A program made the translations under genes and the position numbers. A DNA stretch of 64,000 nt. It comes from Okamejei kenojei. Taxonomy: Eukaryota. Below the pieces are notes generated by a model that was not told where the DNA came from, searched no databases, and was given only the letters and a program-made list of their open reading frames with translations. The stretch covers positions 3,162,001 to 3,226,000 of the forward strand of contig CM069174.1 of NCBI GenBank assembly GCA_035221665.1. The letters run 5' to 3'. Shown piece by piece: positions 47,841 through 60,224 of this stretch. Every line of letters begins with the position of its first letter. The first letter of the stretch is position 1.

Positions 47841-48383
47841 CTGAAGTCTGGAGTGAGCCTATAGATTATATCGCATGTCCGATTCAAACACTGACTGATG
47901 TGTGGTGTATGATGGGCCCTGCACTGGTAGGAAGATAGGAAGCTCGTTTGGAGTCAGGGCTGCATATAATAGATGATGAGATGAGATATTTGTGGGCTTG
48001 TGGCCAGATACACTCGATTACCCAAGCGCTGCACATCATCAGTAAAGAAACTTGCAAAGTTATCATCTGTCTTATTCAACGATCTGTGGAGAAGGTGCAG
48101 TGAAGAATGTTGCCAAGTTTATGTTTTTTTTAAAGATTAACTCATGTAGCTCTTTATAAAGTTGGAAGAACAGGTGAGTTTCAGAGACTCCTGTCGTGCC
48201 CAGCTATTGCAGGGGGGGAAATGGTTAATTTACCTGATGTGTCGAATAGAAATGTTAAATAGTTTGGGCAGACTTCTTAAGCATGACCAACAGAAATGGC
48301 CCAAGTCTTTCCCTCCATTAGCTTCAGGCTATTCAGCCCCTCGATCCAGCTCCACCATTCACGTACCACGATCGGTATCCTAA

Positions 48384-48885
48384 AGGGGCTGTCCCAGTTG
48401 GGCGACCTAATTGCCGAGTTTAGAAGAGTTTGAAAAAATGACATGTTGAAGACCTCCGTCGACTATGTAGAAGACTAGCTCCGACTAACTTCGGGAAAAT
48501 TGGACACCGAATAGTGGAGACGACCTCCTTCGATCTCCTTCCACCTCCTTCGACTATGTTGAAGACTATCTACGACTACCTTCGACTACCCTCGACTACC
48601 TACGACTAACATGCCGACCTACTATGACCTACTACGACTAAACCTACGAGTAAAAAAAGTATTGATTTTTTCCATGGCGACCTTTTTTCACTCGCGGGCA
48701 TTTTTTAACATGTTGAAAAAAACGCCGCGACCTAGCTGAGGCCTCGAGTACGCGGAGACCACTCTCGAGCATGCAGGAGAGTTACGAAGACCTCCTATGA
48801 CCTCGTGTTGACCATGCTGCGAGTATGAGTCGAGGGCAAACTGGCCAGAACCCGCAGATTAGGTCGCCCAAGTGGGACATGCCCT
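48384..48885. mobile_element. PIF/Harbinger-like MITE with internal CTACGAC-type repeats
   Basis: TIRs AGGGGCTGTCCCAGTTGGGCGACCTAAT / ATTAGGTCGCCCAAGTGGGACATGCCCT; TAA on both sides. Confidence 0.82.
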
Positions 48886-48999
48886 TAACTCCATATCGCT
48901 TGATACTTATGCCTACCTATATCACAAATCGTGAGTTGACACTTATGGTTTTCAAGATTTGAAGTAATGTCCTGGGAATTTCTCCATATTAAAAAAAAC

Positions 49000-49690
49000 T
49001 TCAGTCACTGAAAGTAAGCATGCAGGTACAGCAGGCAGTGAAGCAAGCTAATGGCATGCTGGCCTTGATTGCAAGAGGATTTGAGTTTAGGAGCAAGGAG
49101 GTCCTACTGCAGTTGTACAGGGCCCTGGTGAGACCACACCTGGAGTATTGTGTGCAATTTTGGTCTCCTAATAAGAGGGAGGACATTATTGCTATTGAGG
49201 GAATAGGTTTACCAGGTTAATTCCCGGGATGGCGGGACTGACATATTTTAAAGAATGGGTCGACTGGGCTTGTATTCACTGGAATTTAGAAGGATGAGAG
49301 GGGATCCTATAGAAACATATACAGAAATATACTTAAAGGTTTGTACAGGCTAGATGCAGGAAAAATGTTCCCGATGTTAGGGGAGTCCAGAACCAGGGTT
49401 CATAGGTTAAGAATAAGGGTAGGCCGTTTAGGACTGAGATGAGGAAAAACGTCTTCACCCAGAGAGTTGTGAATCTGTGGAATTCTCTGCCACAGAAGGC
49501 AGTGGAGGCCGATTCACTGGATGTTTTCAAGAGAGAGTTACATTTAGCTCTTACGGCGAAAGAAATCAAGGAATATGGGGAGAAATCAGGAACGGGGTAC
49601 TGATTGTGGATGAATCAGCCATGATCACATTGAATGGTGGTGCTGGCTCAAGGACGAATGGCCTACTCCTGCACCTATGTTTCTATTGAT
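49000..49690 (+). mobile_element. CR1 LINE 3' region
   Basis: QVQQAVKQANGMLALIARGFEFRSKEVLLQLYRALVRPHLEYCVQFWSP. Confidence 0.92.
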
Positions 49691-50244
49691 TATGAAACAG
49701 GTATATTCTTTTGTTTTTTATTGTGAAGGGTGTGTTGTACCATCCTAAAGCAACCAGAGAGCAGTGCTGAACTACTATCTACCTCATTGGTGACCCTCGG
49801 ACTATCCTTGATCGGACTTTACTGGCTTTACCTTGCACTAAACGTTATGCCCTTATCCTGTACCTGTACACGGTGAATGACTGGACTGTGATCATGTATT
49901 GTCTTTCCGCTGACTGGTTAGCACGCAACAAAAGCTTTTCACTGTACCCCGGTACACGTGACAATAAACTCAACTGAATTGAACATAGAAAAGTACAGCT
50001 CAAGACTTGGCCCTTCGGCCCACAATATCCATTCCATACATCATGCCAAGAATAACTCTTATCTTGTCGTTTAGTTTTGTTCAGAGATACGGCGTAGTGA
50101 CATGCGTCCACATCAGTCAATTATCTTGCTGCTTCCAGGAATCCCACCTACTGCAATTCCAATCCGAATTCTCAATCAGAATTGCCCCGTATTAAGTGGA
50201 ACCATTCGAAATGCCAGCTGGGCATCGCCTGACTCTCGTTAGAG

Positions 50245-50565
50245 GTTTGGTTTCGAGATACAGCATGGAAACAGGACCTTCGGCCATCGGGTCCAGGCCG
50301 ACCATCGATCACCCGCTCACACACCTGTTCTGTGTTATCCCACTTTCCCATCCACTCCCTGCACACGAGGGGGCAATTTACAGAGGGGCCGATTAACCTA
50401 CACACCCGCACGTCTTTGCAGTGTGGGAGGAAACCGGAGCTCCCGGAGAAAACCCACGCAGGTCACGGGGAGAAAGTGCAAACTCCGTACAGACAGGACC
50501 CGTGGTCGGAATCGAACCCGGGACTCTGACGCTGAGAGGCAGCAACTCCACCGCTGCGCCACGGT
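50245..50565 (-). mobile_element. V-SINE (divergent subfamily)
   Basis: SINE head and V-domain with a different 3' body. Confidence 0.75.
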
Positions 50566-50633
50566 CCAAGCGTTGACTTGATTTCTGCCCTCATTCCCAT
50601 CTTGTGGGTTCTGCTGGGAACAACTGCTTCTTA

Positions 50634-50940
50634 AAGGCCTGTCCCACTGTACAAGGCAATTCAAGAGTTCTCCCGAGTTTTCCCCTGATTCGAACTCGGA
50701 GAATGTCCTTAGCGGGTCCATAGGAGTTCATGGATGTTTCGTAGCAGCTCGTACGAGTAAAACGTTTTTTCACAGTGTTGAAAAAAAGTCATGATGTCCC
50801 CGAGTACCTACCGTGAGCATTACGAGCCGCTACGGGACCTCCACGAACTCCTACGGAGCCACTACGGACATTCTCCGAATTCACATCCGAGGAAAACTCG
50901 GGAGAGCTCTTGAATTACCTCGTACAGTGGGACAGGCCCT
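50634..50940. mobile_element. PIF/Harbinger-like MITE (same family as 749-1108)
   Basis: TIRs AAGGCCTGTCCCACTGTACAAGGCAATTCAAGAG / CTCTTGAATTACCTCGTACAGTGGGACAGGCCCT. Confidence 0.82.
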
Positions 50941-51579
50941 TACTCTCTTACTCCACAGGACAAGGCGGTGAGGTGTGAGGACTGAGCAGCTCTGGGCTTT
51001 GAACTCACGATGTTGTCAGGTCAAGCAATTAAATTGCATGTTGGCTCACATCCCACTGCATAAAAGAATGTGTCAGCCGTTTCGCATTCTTAATAATGAA
51101 GGGTCAGCTCATCCAGAATCCATGATACAGAAAGGCCTTCACACGCAGCTGTGTTTGGACGATGTACACTGTCCCAGACTGGCACACAATGACTTGGCCG
51201 CATGGCCAACATGAGCAGAACTCCACCAAACTGACTTCAATTTGAAACCTAATCATTGTCACCTCGCCTTCTCGTTTATGACTATTACTAACAAAGGCAG
51301 CTCCTGCACGCTGCATATTTCAGCTTTTAATTCCCCAAAGTGCAAGTTGTGCAAAATTAATACCTGTCACTTGGCAGAAGCATCAGACGCCAGGAACCGA
51401 TCGCGTTTCGAGTGCGCTGCCCTGTGACATCCTCGTTTAATGAGCACAGCAGCCATTTGGAGCATTTTCAATCCTCCTTTGACTTGGGTTGACCAATTCT
51501 CTGCTTCAAAAAAGTGAAGGCTTTCTTTAATCACTCCATGCCCACGGCCTTTTGAGACTGACGAAGATGAGGATTGAAG

Positions 51580-52012
51580 ATTCTCCACAGATGCTGCCTG
51601 ACCCGCTGAGTTACTCCAGCACTCTGTGAAACGTCACCTATCCATGTTCTCCACAGATGCTGCCTGACCCGCTGAGTTACTCCAGCACTCTGTGAAACGT
51701 CACCTATCCATGTTCTCCACAGATGCTGCCTGACCCGCTGAGTTACTCCAGCACTCTGTGAAACGTCACCTATCCTTGTTCCCCACAGATGCTGCCTGAC
51801 CATTACTCCAGCACTCTGTGAAACGTCACCTATCCATGTTCTCCACAGTTGCTGCCTGACCCGCTGAGTTACTCCAGCACTCTGTGAAACGTCACCTATC
51901 CATGTTCCCCACAGATGCTGCCTGACCCGCTCAGTTACTCCAGCACTCTGTGAAACGTCACCTATCCATGTTCTCCACAGATGCTGCCTGACCTGCTGAG
52001 TTACTCCAGCAT
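51580..52012 (+). repeat. 66-bp tandem array (~6.5 units)
   Basis: Same unit as 5973-6630. Confidence 0.92.
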
Positions 52013-52479
52013 TTTGAGTGCATCTTTGCACCGTTCTGCCGTTGTACATTTTAGTCACATTGTATCTATCAAAGTTGTGCCAGGCGTTGAGGCAGGCGTG
52101 GAATCCCTCATGTCAACGCCGTACATAAGACAGACTTGGTCTAAATGTGTAGAAGCAAAGAACTGCAGATGCTGGTTTATATCAGAGATAGACACAAAGT
52201 GTCATGCATGCATTAGTGCGCCAATTCTCTGCATAAGTACTGTATAAGTATACACTGTATTAATTTGGGCTTGAATTTTCTAGTATTAACCCCGGTGGCC
52301 TACCTGAATATTTTTTATTTTCGTTTCCACTAATAAAATCCCACATCGCCCATGCAGGATTTATATTTTCATTCACTTTCCTTTAAGAATGCCAACAGGT
52401 CTTTCCAAATGCTCCCATCGGCCATCTAAAGCCTATGTCAGTGGTGCTGCTTCATGGAATGATGAGGTTTAGCTCATCC

Positions 52480-52765
52480 GTTTCGTTTAGAGAAACAGGC
52501 CCTTCGGCCCACCGGGCCGGCGCCGACCAGCGACCCCCGCACACTAACACTACCCTACACACACTAGGGACAATTTAACATTTATACCAAGCCAATTAAC
52601 CTACAAACCTGTGCGTCTTTGGACGAAACGGAAGATCCCGGGGAAAACTCACGCAGGTCACGGGGAGAAGGTACAAACTCCGTACAGGCAGCGCCCGTAG
52701 TCGGGATGGAACCCGGGTCTCCGGCGCTGTGAGGATGCGAGTCACCACTGCGCCCCCGTGCCGAG
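52480..52765 (-). mobile_element. V-SINE (HE1-like)
   Basis: Reverse complement of the consensus. Confidence 0.8.
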
Positions 52766-53374
52766 CAACTTGACAAAGGTTGGCAGTGTAAAGGAAAATT
52801 ACGATTTTGTCAAATAAATAATTCCAGTAAAAACCTCAACCAGTCTGCAGTTGTGATTCTTACTGATTTCAAATTGGTTGTGCTTCATAAAGATTGAATG
52901 CTAATGCATCTTCTGAGTCACTGAACCCACTGACTATTGTTTAATGTCAATAAAAAACAAATAAAAACAGCCCTTCACTAAAATTTAAAAAAAGCAGGAA
53001 ATGTAAGTGTAAAGTGGATACACTTTGGAAATGACACAGTGGTTGGATGTAGTCCTTGGGGGTGCCCAGAATAGGCAGGTGTGGGGTTCAGTTTTGGTTC
53101 AAAGCTGAGACAACCTCAGCCAATGTTCCTGCTTCTGATCGTGAAGGGTCTCGACCCGAAACGTCACCTATTCCTTCTCTCCGGAGAAGCTGCCTGGCCC
53201 GCTGAGTAACTCCAGCATTTTGTGTCTGTTTTCCTGCTTATGATCACCGTTCATGCCCAAGACATTAGTCATCAACGATGAGATTCCCCATGGATAAATA
53301 GCCTGCTCATCTGAGTAGATCCATGTGGAAAATGCCCAGTTGGAACGTATAGGAATGCTATCCTACCTGGCGGA

Positions 53375-53830
53375 AACAAGGAACGGTAGATGCTGGAGAT
53401 AGACACAAAATACTGGAGTAACTGAGCAGGTCAGGCAGTGTCTGTCGAGAGAAGGAATAGGTAACGTTTCAGGTCGAGACCCTTCACCAGACCCTTTGTA
53501 GATGCTGGGCCAGATTTCTTTCCGATGCTGCCTGACCCGCTGAGTTACTCCAGCACTCTGTGAAACGTCACCTATCCATGTTCTCCACAGATGCTGCCTG
53601 ACCCGCTGAGTTACTCCAGCACTCTGTGAAACGTCACCTATCCATGTTCTCCACAGATGCTGCCTGACCCGCTGAGTTACTCCAGCACTCTGTGAAACGT
53701 CACCTATCCATGTTCTCCACAGATGCTGCCTGACCCGCTGAGTTACTCCAGCACTCTGTGAAACGTCACCTATCCATGTTCTCCAAAGATGCTGCCTGAC
53801 CCGCTGAGTTACTCCAGCACTCTGTGTCTT
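53375..53830. repeat. Inverted Penelope-like terminus plus 66-bp tandem array (~4.5 units, 53524-53826)
   Basis: Same unit; minus-strand variant hammerhead at 53463-53490. Confidence 0.9.
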
Positions 53831-54029
53831 ACATGGAATCATCGCTTGAAAGAAGGGGAGACGACTGGAGAACATAAGAAGATAGTTGTTACTTCAGTTG
53901 TAACGTTGCATTTGTACAATATTGTTCATTACCTCACTGGCATGGTAAATTATACCATGTGCAACGTGGAAGCAAGAAGAATTGAAGATAGGCAGATAGA
54001 CACAAAATGCTGGAGTAACTCAGCCATTT

Positions 54030-54580
54030 TGACCAAGTGCAGACTGGGCGATCGTTTCGCGGAATACTTTCGCTCAGCCCGCCAAAAACCAACCTGATCT
54101 CCCGGTTGCTGGACTTTAATTCTCCTTCCCATTCCCACACAGGCCTTTCTGTCCTAGGCCTCCTTCATTGTCAGAGTGAGGCTAAACACAAAATGGAGGA
54201 ACAGCATCTCATATTTCGCTTGGGCAGCTTACGGCCCAGTGGTATGAATATTGATTTCTCTAACTTCAAGTAACCCCGGCAATCCCTCTCTCTCTCCATC
54301 CCTCCCCCACCCAAGTCGCACCAGCTTCTCGTTCACACCCAGCACACAGCTAACAATGGCCTGTTTCCTTTATCATCGTTACTTTTTTGCATATCTTTCA
54401 TCCATTTGTTTTATATCTCTTAACAACCCACGTCTCGAAATTCTCATTTCCCTTTCCCCCGACTCTCAGTCTGAAGAAAGATCTTCGGTCCAGAGATGCT
54501 GCCGGTCCCAGCTGAGTTACTCCAGCATTTTGTGTCTATCTTCGGTTCAAAGCAGCATCAGCAGTTCCTTCCTGCACAAT
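54030..54580 (+). mobile_element. Penelope-like 3' fragment
   Basis: TKCRLGDRFAEY...FNSPSHSHTGLSVLGLLHCQSEAKHKMEEQHLIFRLGSLRPSGMNIDFSNFK*. Confidence 0.85.
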
Positions 54581-55199
54581 AGGAATTGAAGCTGTCGACG
54601 CCAAAGAAATGCTGGAAATTAGATTCAGGACTCAAAACGTCGACCAGGGCGGGCTGCATTTACTTGTAAGAGCGGCTCACATTGTAACTTGGTCATAATA
54701 CAAAATGCAAATGAGTGCCATTTCTTGTCAGTATGAGTTTAAGAAGCTCGTGCCGTTCAGAAGCATTAACTTGCATCGGTGTCTCTTGGCTTCTGTCGAC
54801 TCAGAGAGTGTTTGTTGTATGACTGTACGCACAAAGAGTGCTTACCCTGAACTCGTCATTTGTGATGAGCGTTTAAATGTGCACCAACATTAATTGATGC
54901 TTCTAAACTGGAGTGATTGAGCAGAACTGTTGCTCGCAGCCAGTGTGGGTGGCAATGCTGGGATGTCTGGTCGGACATGGCAATAGTTGATGATCATTGC
55001 AGTGACTAGTTTACTGTCTGCAGCTGCCTTCACAGAAAGCAATACGTGCGTTCGATACCTCATGTTTTCAACAGGTGGATGGTGCCTTGCGATCTAACAA
55101 ACTACCCGAGCCAACAAACGATTATAATGCACAGTGGGCGGGAAAAAAAACTATGTCAATGCTGGAAATTTGTAATAAAACTCAAAGATGCTGGAAAAT

Positions 55200-55570
55200 T
55201 CTTCTGGGATTGGACAGGCTAGATGCAGGAAAAATGTTCCCGATGTTGGGGAGTCCAGAAACAGGGATCACACACAGTTTAAGAATAAGGGGTTGGCCAG
55301 TTAGGACTGACATGAGGAAAAACCTTTTCACCCAGAGAGTTGTGAATCTGTGGAATTCTCTGCCACAGAAGGCAGTGGAGGCTAATTCTCTGGATGTTTT
55401 CAAGAGAGAGTTAGACTTAGCTCTCAGGGCTAACAGAATCAAGGGATATGGGGAGAAGACAGGAACAGGGTACTGATTGTGGATGATCAGCCATGATCAT
55501 ATTTAATGGCGGTGCTGGCTCGAAGGGCTGAAAGGCCTACTCCTGCACCTATTATCCATGTTTCTAAATA
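55200..55570 (+). mobile_element. CR1 LINE 3' end
   Basis: GLDRLDAGKMFPMLG...KNLFTQRVVNLWNSLPQ. Confidence 0.9.
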
Positions 55571-56930
55571 CTTGGGAGTATCTGTGGAGAGAGAAAAACA
55601 GAGCCAATGTTACAGCTTGATGACTTTTGATCACAAATGGCCAGGATACAGAGTGATACAGTGTGGATACAGGCCCTTCAGCCCAACTTGCCCATGATGA
55701 CCAACATGTCCCATCTACGCTAGTCTCACCTGCCTGAGTTTAGCCCATATCCCTTCAAACCTGTCCTATCCATGTACCTGTCCAACTGTTTATTTTTGTT
55801 TTCCTTTATTCTTATCCCCCCCTTCTGGGAATTAAGGGACAGAAGTTTAGGGGTAACGTGTTCTTTACTCTGGTGGCTGTGTGGAATGAGCTTCCAGCAG
55901 AGGTGGTGGAGGCAGGATCGATTTTAACATTTAAAAGTAACGTGAAGGAATGGAGGGGTATGGTCTGAGTGCAGGTAGATGGGACTAGGGGAAAACAAAT
56001 GGTCGGCACGGACTGTGCTGTAATTGTTATATGGTTATATGGTTATATGGTTCTGTTTCCACCTCCTCTGGACCACACATTTGCAATTAACAATCCTTCA
56101 TTACCCACCCTTAATCAGACATTGATTGTGGATGATCAGCCATGATCACATTGAATGGCGGTGCTGGCTTGAAGGGCCGAATGGCCAACTCCTGCACCTA
56201 TTGTCTATTGACATCACCACCAAATTGTGTTATTCAGTCTCACTCGATTGTAGACATTTGTTTTGTTCTTTCCACCGCCTCCCATTCCCGACAAATTTAA
56301 GCACGTTTCCTAATGTTGGTGAAAGGCCATGGTCATTAAAAATTAACTCTGTGTTTCTCTCCACAGATGCTGCCTGACCTTCTGAGGATGTGCAGCATCT
56401 TCTGCTTTAATAGCCGTCTGGTTCTTTATCACCATGTGTGCAGATGTATTGAAATTATATTTTGCGCACTGTAATGCCATGCCTACGCTCAACCCCCAGT
56501 TAGTACAAAGTGGGTAGAAATAGTCCACTGAGACCGCATGCAAGAGGCGCCAGGCTTTGGGGCGATTTTGGAAGTCCAGTCCGGTCCGCTCGCTCGGCCT
56601 CCTGGAGCGGGGCCTGATCCAGGCAAGCCCCAGGCTGCTGCAGGGCCTACAGTCTCCGTCCGTCCGGGCCTACAGACGCCTCCATCGGCATCGTCCAGCG
56701 AACCATCGTCCCTCTCCTCGCCCCCCCTGCCAACTTCAGCCTTCGTGCCCCGGTGGGGAGGGCATCTGCAGCCGGCCTTGAGAGCGCAGAAGGAAAGACC
56801 CACGATTCACTCTCTTACCTCTCCTTAGGCTGTGAACGTTGCAAATGCCCCTTTTAGTCCAAAATGGCAGCCTCACGTTTATCTCTCACCCTATCGCCCT
56901 CACACAATCCTGTCCAAAGTAAACACGTTC

Positions 56931-57268
56931 CGCAGCACGGTGGCGCAGAGTAGAGTTGCTGCCTTACAGCGCTTGCAGCTCCAGGGACGCCGGTTCGATC
57001 CCGACCACGGCTGCTGTCCGTACGGAATTTGTACGTTCTCCCCGTGACATATGTGGGTTTTCTCCGAGATCTTCGACTTTCTCCCACACTCCAAAGACGT
57101 GCAGGTTTGTAGGTTAATTGGCTTGCATTGGTATACTCGGTATAGGTGTAAATTGTCCCGTAGTGTGTGTAGGATAGTGTTAGTGTGTGGGGATCGCTGG
57201 TCGGCACGGACTCGGTGGGCCGAAGGGCCTGTTTGCGCGCTGTATCTCTAAACTAAACTAAACTAAAC
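56931..57268 (+). mobile_element. V-SINE, variant with an extra ~9 nt in the head
   Basis: GCCTTACAGCGCTTGCAGCTCC head as at 2489; GGTTCGATCCC B-box; (AAACT)n tail. Confidence 0.85.
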
Positions 57269-57324
57269 GTTCGACGTTCTGCAGGTTTTTAGAAGCACCT
57301 CAGCCCATATTTCCACCATGGCGC

Positions 57325-57648
57325 CCCAGCACCCACCCCTCTCCCACCCCCACACCCGCCCCCACCCCCACCCCCAACACACCCCACCTCACCCCCAACC
57401 CACCCCACCCCTCTCCCACCCCACCCCCACACCCGCCCCCACCCCCACCCCCAACACACCCCCACCTCACCCCCAACCCACCCCACCCCTCACCCACCCC
57501 CACCCCCACCCCCACCCCTCTCCCACCCCCACACCCCGCCCCCACCCCCCCCCCCACCCCCAACACACCCCCACCTCACCCCCAACCCACCCCACCCCTC
57601 TCCCACCCCCACCCCACCCCACCCCTCTCCCACCCCCACCCCACCCCA
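57325..57648. repeat. C-rich imperfect minisatellite
   Basis: Recurrent CCCCAACACACCCC(C)ACCTCACCCCCAACCCACCCCACCCCTC blocks. Confidence 0.9.
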
Positions 57649-58205
57649 TCGCTAAACCTGTGCAGGTGTGCCTCTTGCAGTACCCACAGTACCCACTGAC
57701 CTTGCCGGCAGAGCTGTCTAGTTTAAGCAATCGCGGCGCTGGCATTGCCTCTGTTACCCGTGCAAACCAGCCAACGACAAGCTGCCAACCATTTATAAAA
57801 CGAAAGCTGTTTATGGAGTGTCGTAGATCAAAATGAGTCTGCGTTGCCAAAGCGACTGCAAATGTGATGGCCTCTTGTGGCGTATTCTGGCTGGTGAAAG
57901 GTCTCCGTGGTGCTGTCTGAGTTATACACGTTGTATTTCTCGTCTGACGCTTGGGCGGAAACTGTGCAAAGTTTCATAAGCGCTCCCATAACGCGGTGGT
58001 AAAATGTTATCAAATTCAAATCTGATGGTGCCCCCCGGACACCATCAAATAGTTTCTTGTTTGTGGAAATTGTGCTGTGGGCTGCAGCGATCCCGGAGCG
58101 TAATAACTGCATGACAACTTCATGTTGCAGCCACTGCATGACTGCCCAGGTAAAGAAACATCGCTCCATCCATCTCAAACAGAGGGACGTGCAGAGGCAG
58201 TGAGT

Positions 58206-58233
58206 CTGAAGAAGGGTCCCGACCCGAAATGTC
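58206..58233 (+). ncRNA. Hammerhead motif variant
   Basis: CUGAAGA A GGGU CCCG ACCC GAAAU GUC; helix III palindrome altered. Confidence 0.55.
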
Positions 58234-58242
58234 ACAATAGAC

Positions 58243-58383
58243 TTCCTCGTCTTCTTTTGTGGGCGTGCACAGCCTAAAGTTGTTGGACAACTTGTTCTAT
58301 TTGATCTTCTGTTTGTGCACGTCGAGTTGATTGCATTAGTCGAAACAGGGCGGACCACGTGAAGGTTGCAATCTCCTGCCCCA
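58243..58383 (-). mobile_element. ~140-bp non-autonomous retroposon with a 5' HDV-like ribozyme (copy 3)
   Basis: TSD TCACAATAGAC (58232-58242, 58384-58394); degenerate (AAG)n tail. Confidence 0.9.
58329..58382 (-). ncRNA. HDV-like ribozyme motif (copy 3)
   Basis: GGGGCAG GA GAUUGCA ACC UUCACGU GGU CCGCCCU G UUUCGA CUAA UGCAAUC; only one P1 mismatch. Confidence 0.8.
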
Positions 58384-58612
58384 TCACAATAGACAGTAGA
58401 CAATAGGTGCAGGACTCGGCCATTTGGCCCTTCAAGCCAGCACCGCCATTCAATGTGATCATGGCTGATCATCCCCAATCAGTACCCCGTTCCTGCCTTC
58501 TCCCCATATCCCCTGACTCCGCTATCTCCAAGAGCCCTATCTAGCTCTCTCTTGAAAGTATCCAGAGAACCGGCCTCCACCGCCCTCTGAGGCAGAGAAT
58601 TCCACAGACTCA
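58384..58612 (-). mobile_element. CR1 LINE 3' end
   Basis: Reverse complement of the CR1 3' UTR with (CTATTGT)n tail. Confidence 0.88.
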
Positions 58613-58822
58613 TTCCTTAGCCACCTATTCCTTTTCTCCAAAGATGCTGTACAGAGATAGCGTCACTTTGTGTCTGTATCTGGGGGTAGCACTTTTGTGG
58701 GATGGTTTTAAGAGTCCTTAACGGGAGTCTTCTTTCCCGAAAGGACACGAGAGAACTGCTCGGTGCGTATTGGTATCCGGCAGTTTTGTGCTTACTTTCA
58801 GTGACACCATTATTTTGCTTTA

Positions 58823-59871
58823 TGGGCCTGTCCCACTTAGGCGATTATTCTGCAGGCGACTGTCAGAGTGGAACACACACACACACATCGCTTCCTTCAC
58901 CGCCCATTATGCAGGCTGGGGACAGGGCAAGCGGGGAGGAGCGCTGTCTGAGTGAAATTCACACGGAGCAAAGCCAATGTGATACAGACACACACCACGA
59001 TGAACAGGAAGGTTGGCGCTGGTTCTGTCCAGAACCAGGGGGCACACACAGTTTAAGAATAAGGGGTAAGCCATTTAGAACAGAGACGAGGAAACACTTT
59101 TTCTAACAGAGAGTTGTGAGTCTGGAATTCTCTGCCTCAGAGGGTGGAGGCCGGTTCTCTGGATACTATCAAGAGAGAGCAAGATAGGGCTCTTAAAGAT
59201 AGCGGAGTCAGGGGATATGGGGAGAAGGCAGGAACAGAGTACTGATTGGGGATGATGAGCCATGATCACATTGAATGGCGGTGCTGGCTCGAAGGCCCGA
59301 ATGGCCTACTCCTGCACCTATTGCCTATTGTCTATTGTCTATTGTCTTATTTAGATTGTGAAAGCACAGTGTACGATGAGTCCTTTAAAAGAGGGGGTGG
59401 GGGAGAAGGGGGGAGACGGGGTGGTGAGAAGGAGTGGAGACAACTTTTAAGAAGCCAGAGATACACGGCTGTGAAGCTCGGTGGACATTTAACAATACCG
59501 GTCGGTTATCCTTGGTTCTGAAAACTAGTACTTCTTACATTTTTTTTACCCAAGGAGCCAATGAAGTTCACCGGTCAGCGCCAGCTACAACCTACGAGAA
59601 CCTTTGGACAGTCTACGACATCCTGGCAACCCACTACCATTGCATCTACGGCACGAGAATTCTCGCTGCTCTCCGTGGCGGCTTTATTCTGGTCGCCGCT
59701 AATTTTTCAACGTGTTGGAAAATTCACGGCGACCATAATGAGGCCGCGACTAGTTCCCAGAATGCGGGAACTCCTCACTGAAGGCGACTCCCCTGCAACC
59801 GCCCGCGAACATGTGGCGACTCCATAGTCATCTGCAGTCACCTAAAAAGGCGCCTAAGTGGGACAGGTCAA
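58823..59871. mobile_element. Larger PIF/Harbinger-like non-autonomous element containing a CR1 insertion (~59028-59350)
   Basis: TIRs GGGCCTGTCCCACTTAGGCG / CGCCTAAGTGGGACAGG. Confidence 0.7.
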
Positions 59872-60224
59872 TTAAGCTGAATTCAAGTTAATGAGATCTC
59901 GCACTCTCTGAGTTTGCACCTCAGATCCCAGGACTAGAACCATCACTGCTGGCAACTGCAGTCAGTCCCGATATACTCCAGAGACGTACAGGATTGTCGG
60001 TTAATTGGCTTTGGGAAAAAAACTGTAACATTGTCCCTAGTGTGTGTAGCATAGTGTTAATGTACCGGGTCGACGCTGGTCGGCGCAGGCCGATGGGCCG
60101 CTGTATCTCTAAAGTAAAGTAAAGAAGATTAGAAAACAAAGCAATTGAGGCCTAAAGTGGTAGCGTGGTGTCCACACACACACACACACACACACCTCAC
60201 AGAATCTAATAGATGAGGTTGGAG

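Noticed and set aside
57289-57850. Pro/His- and Gly/Trp-rich ORFs
   Set aside because: Translation of a C-rich simple repeat
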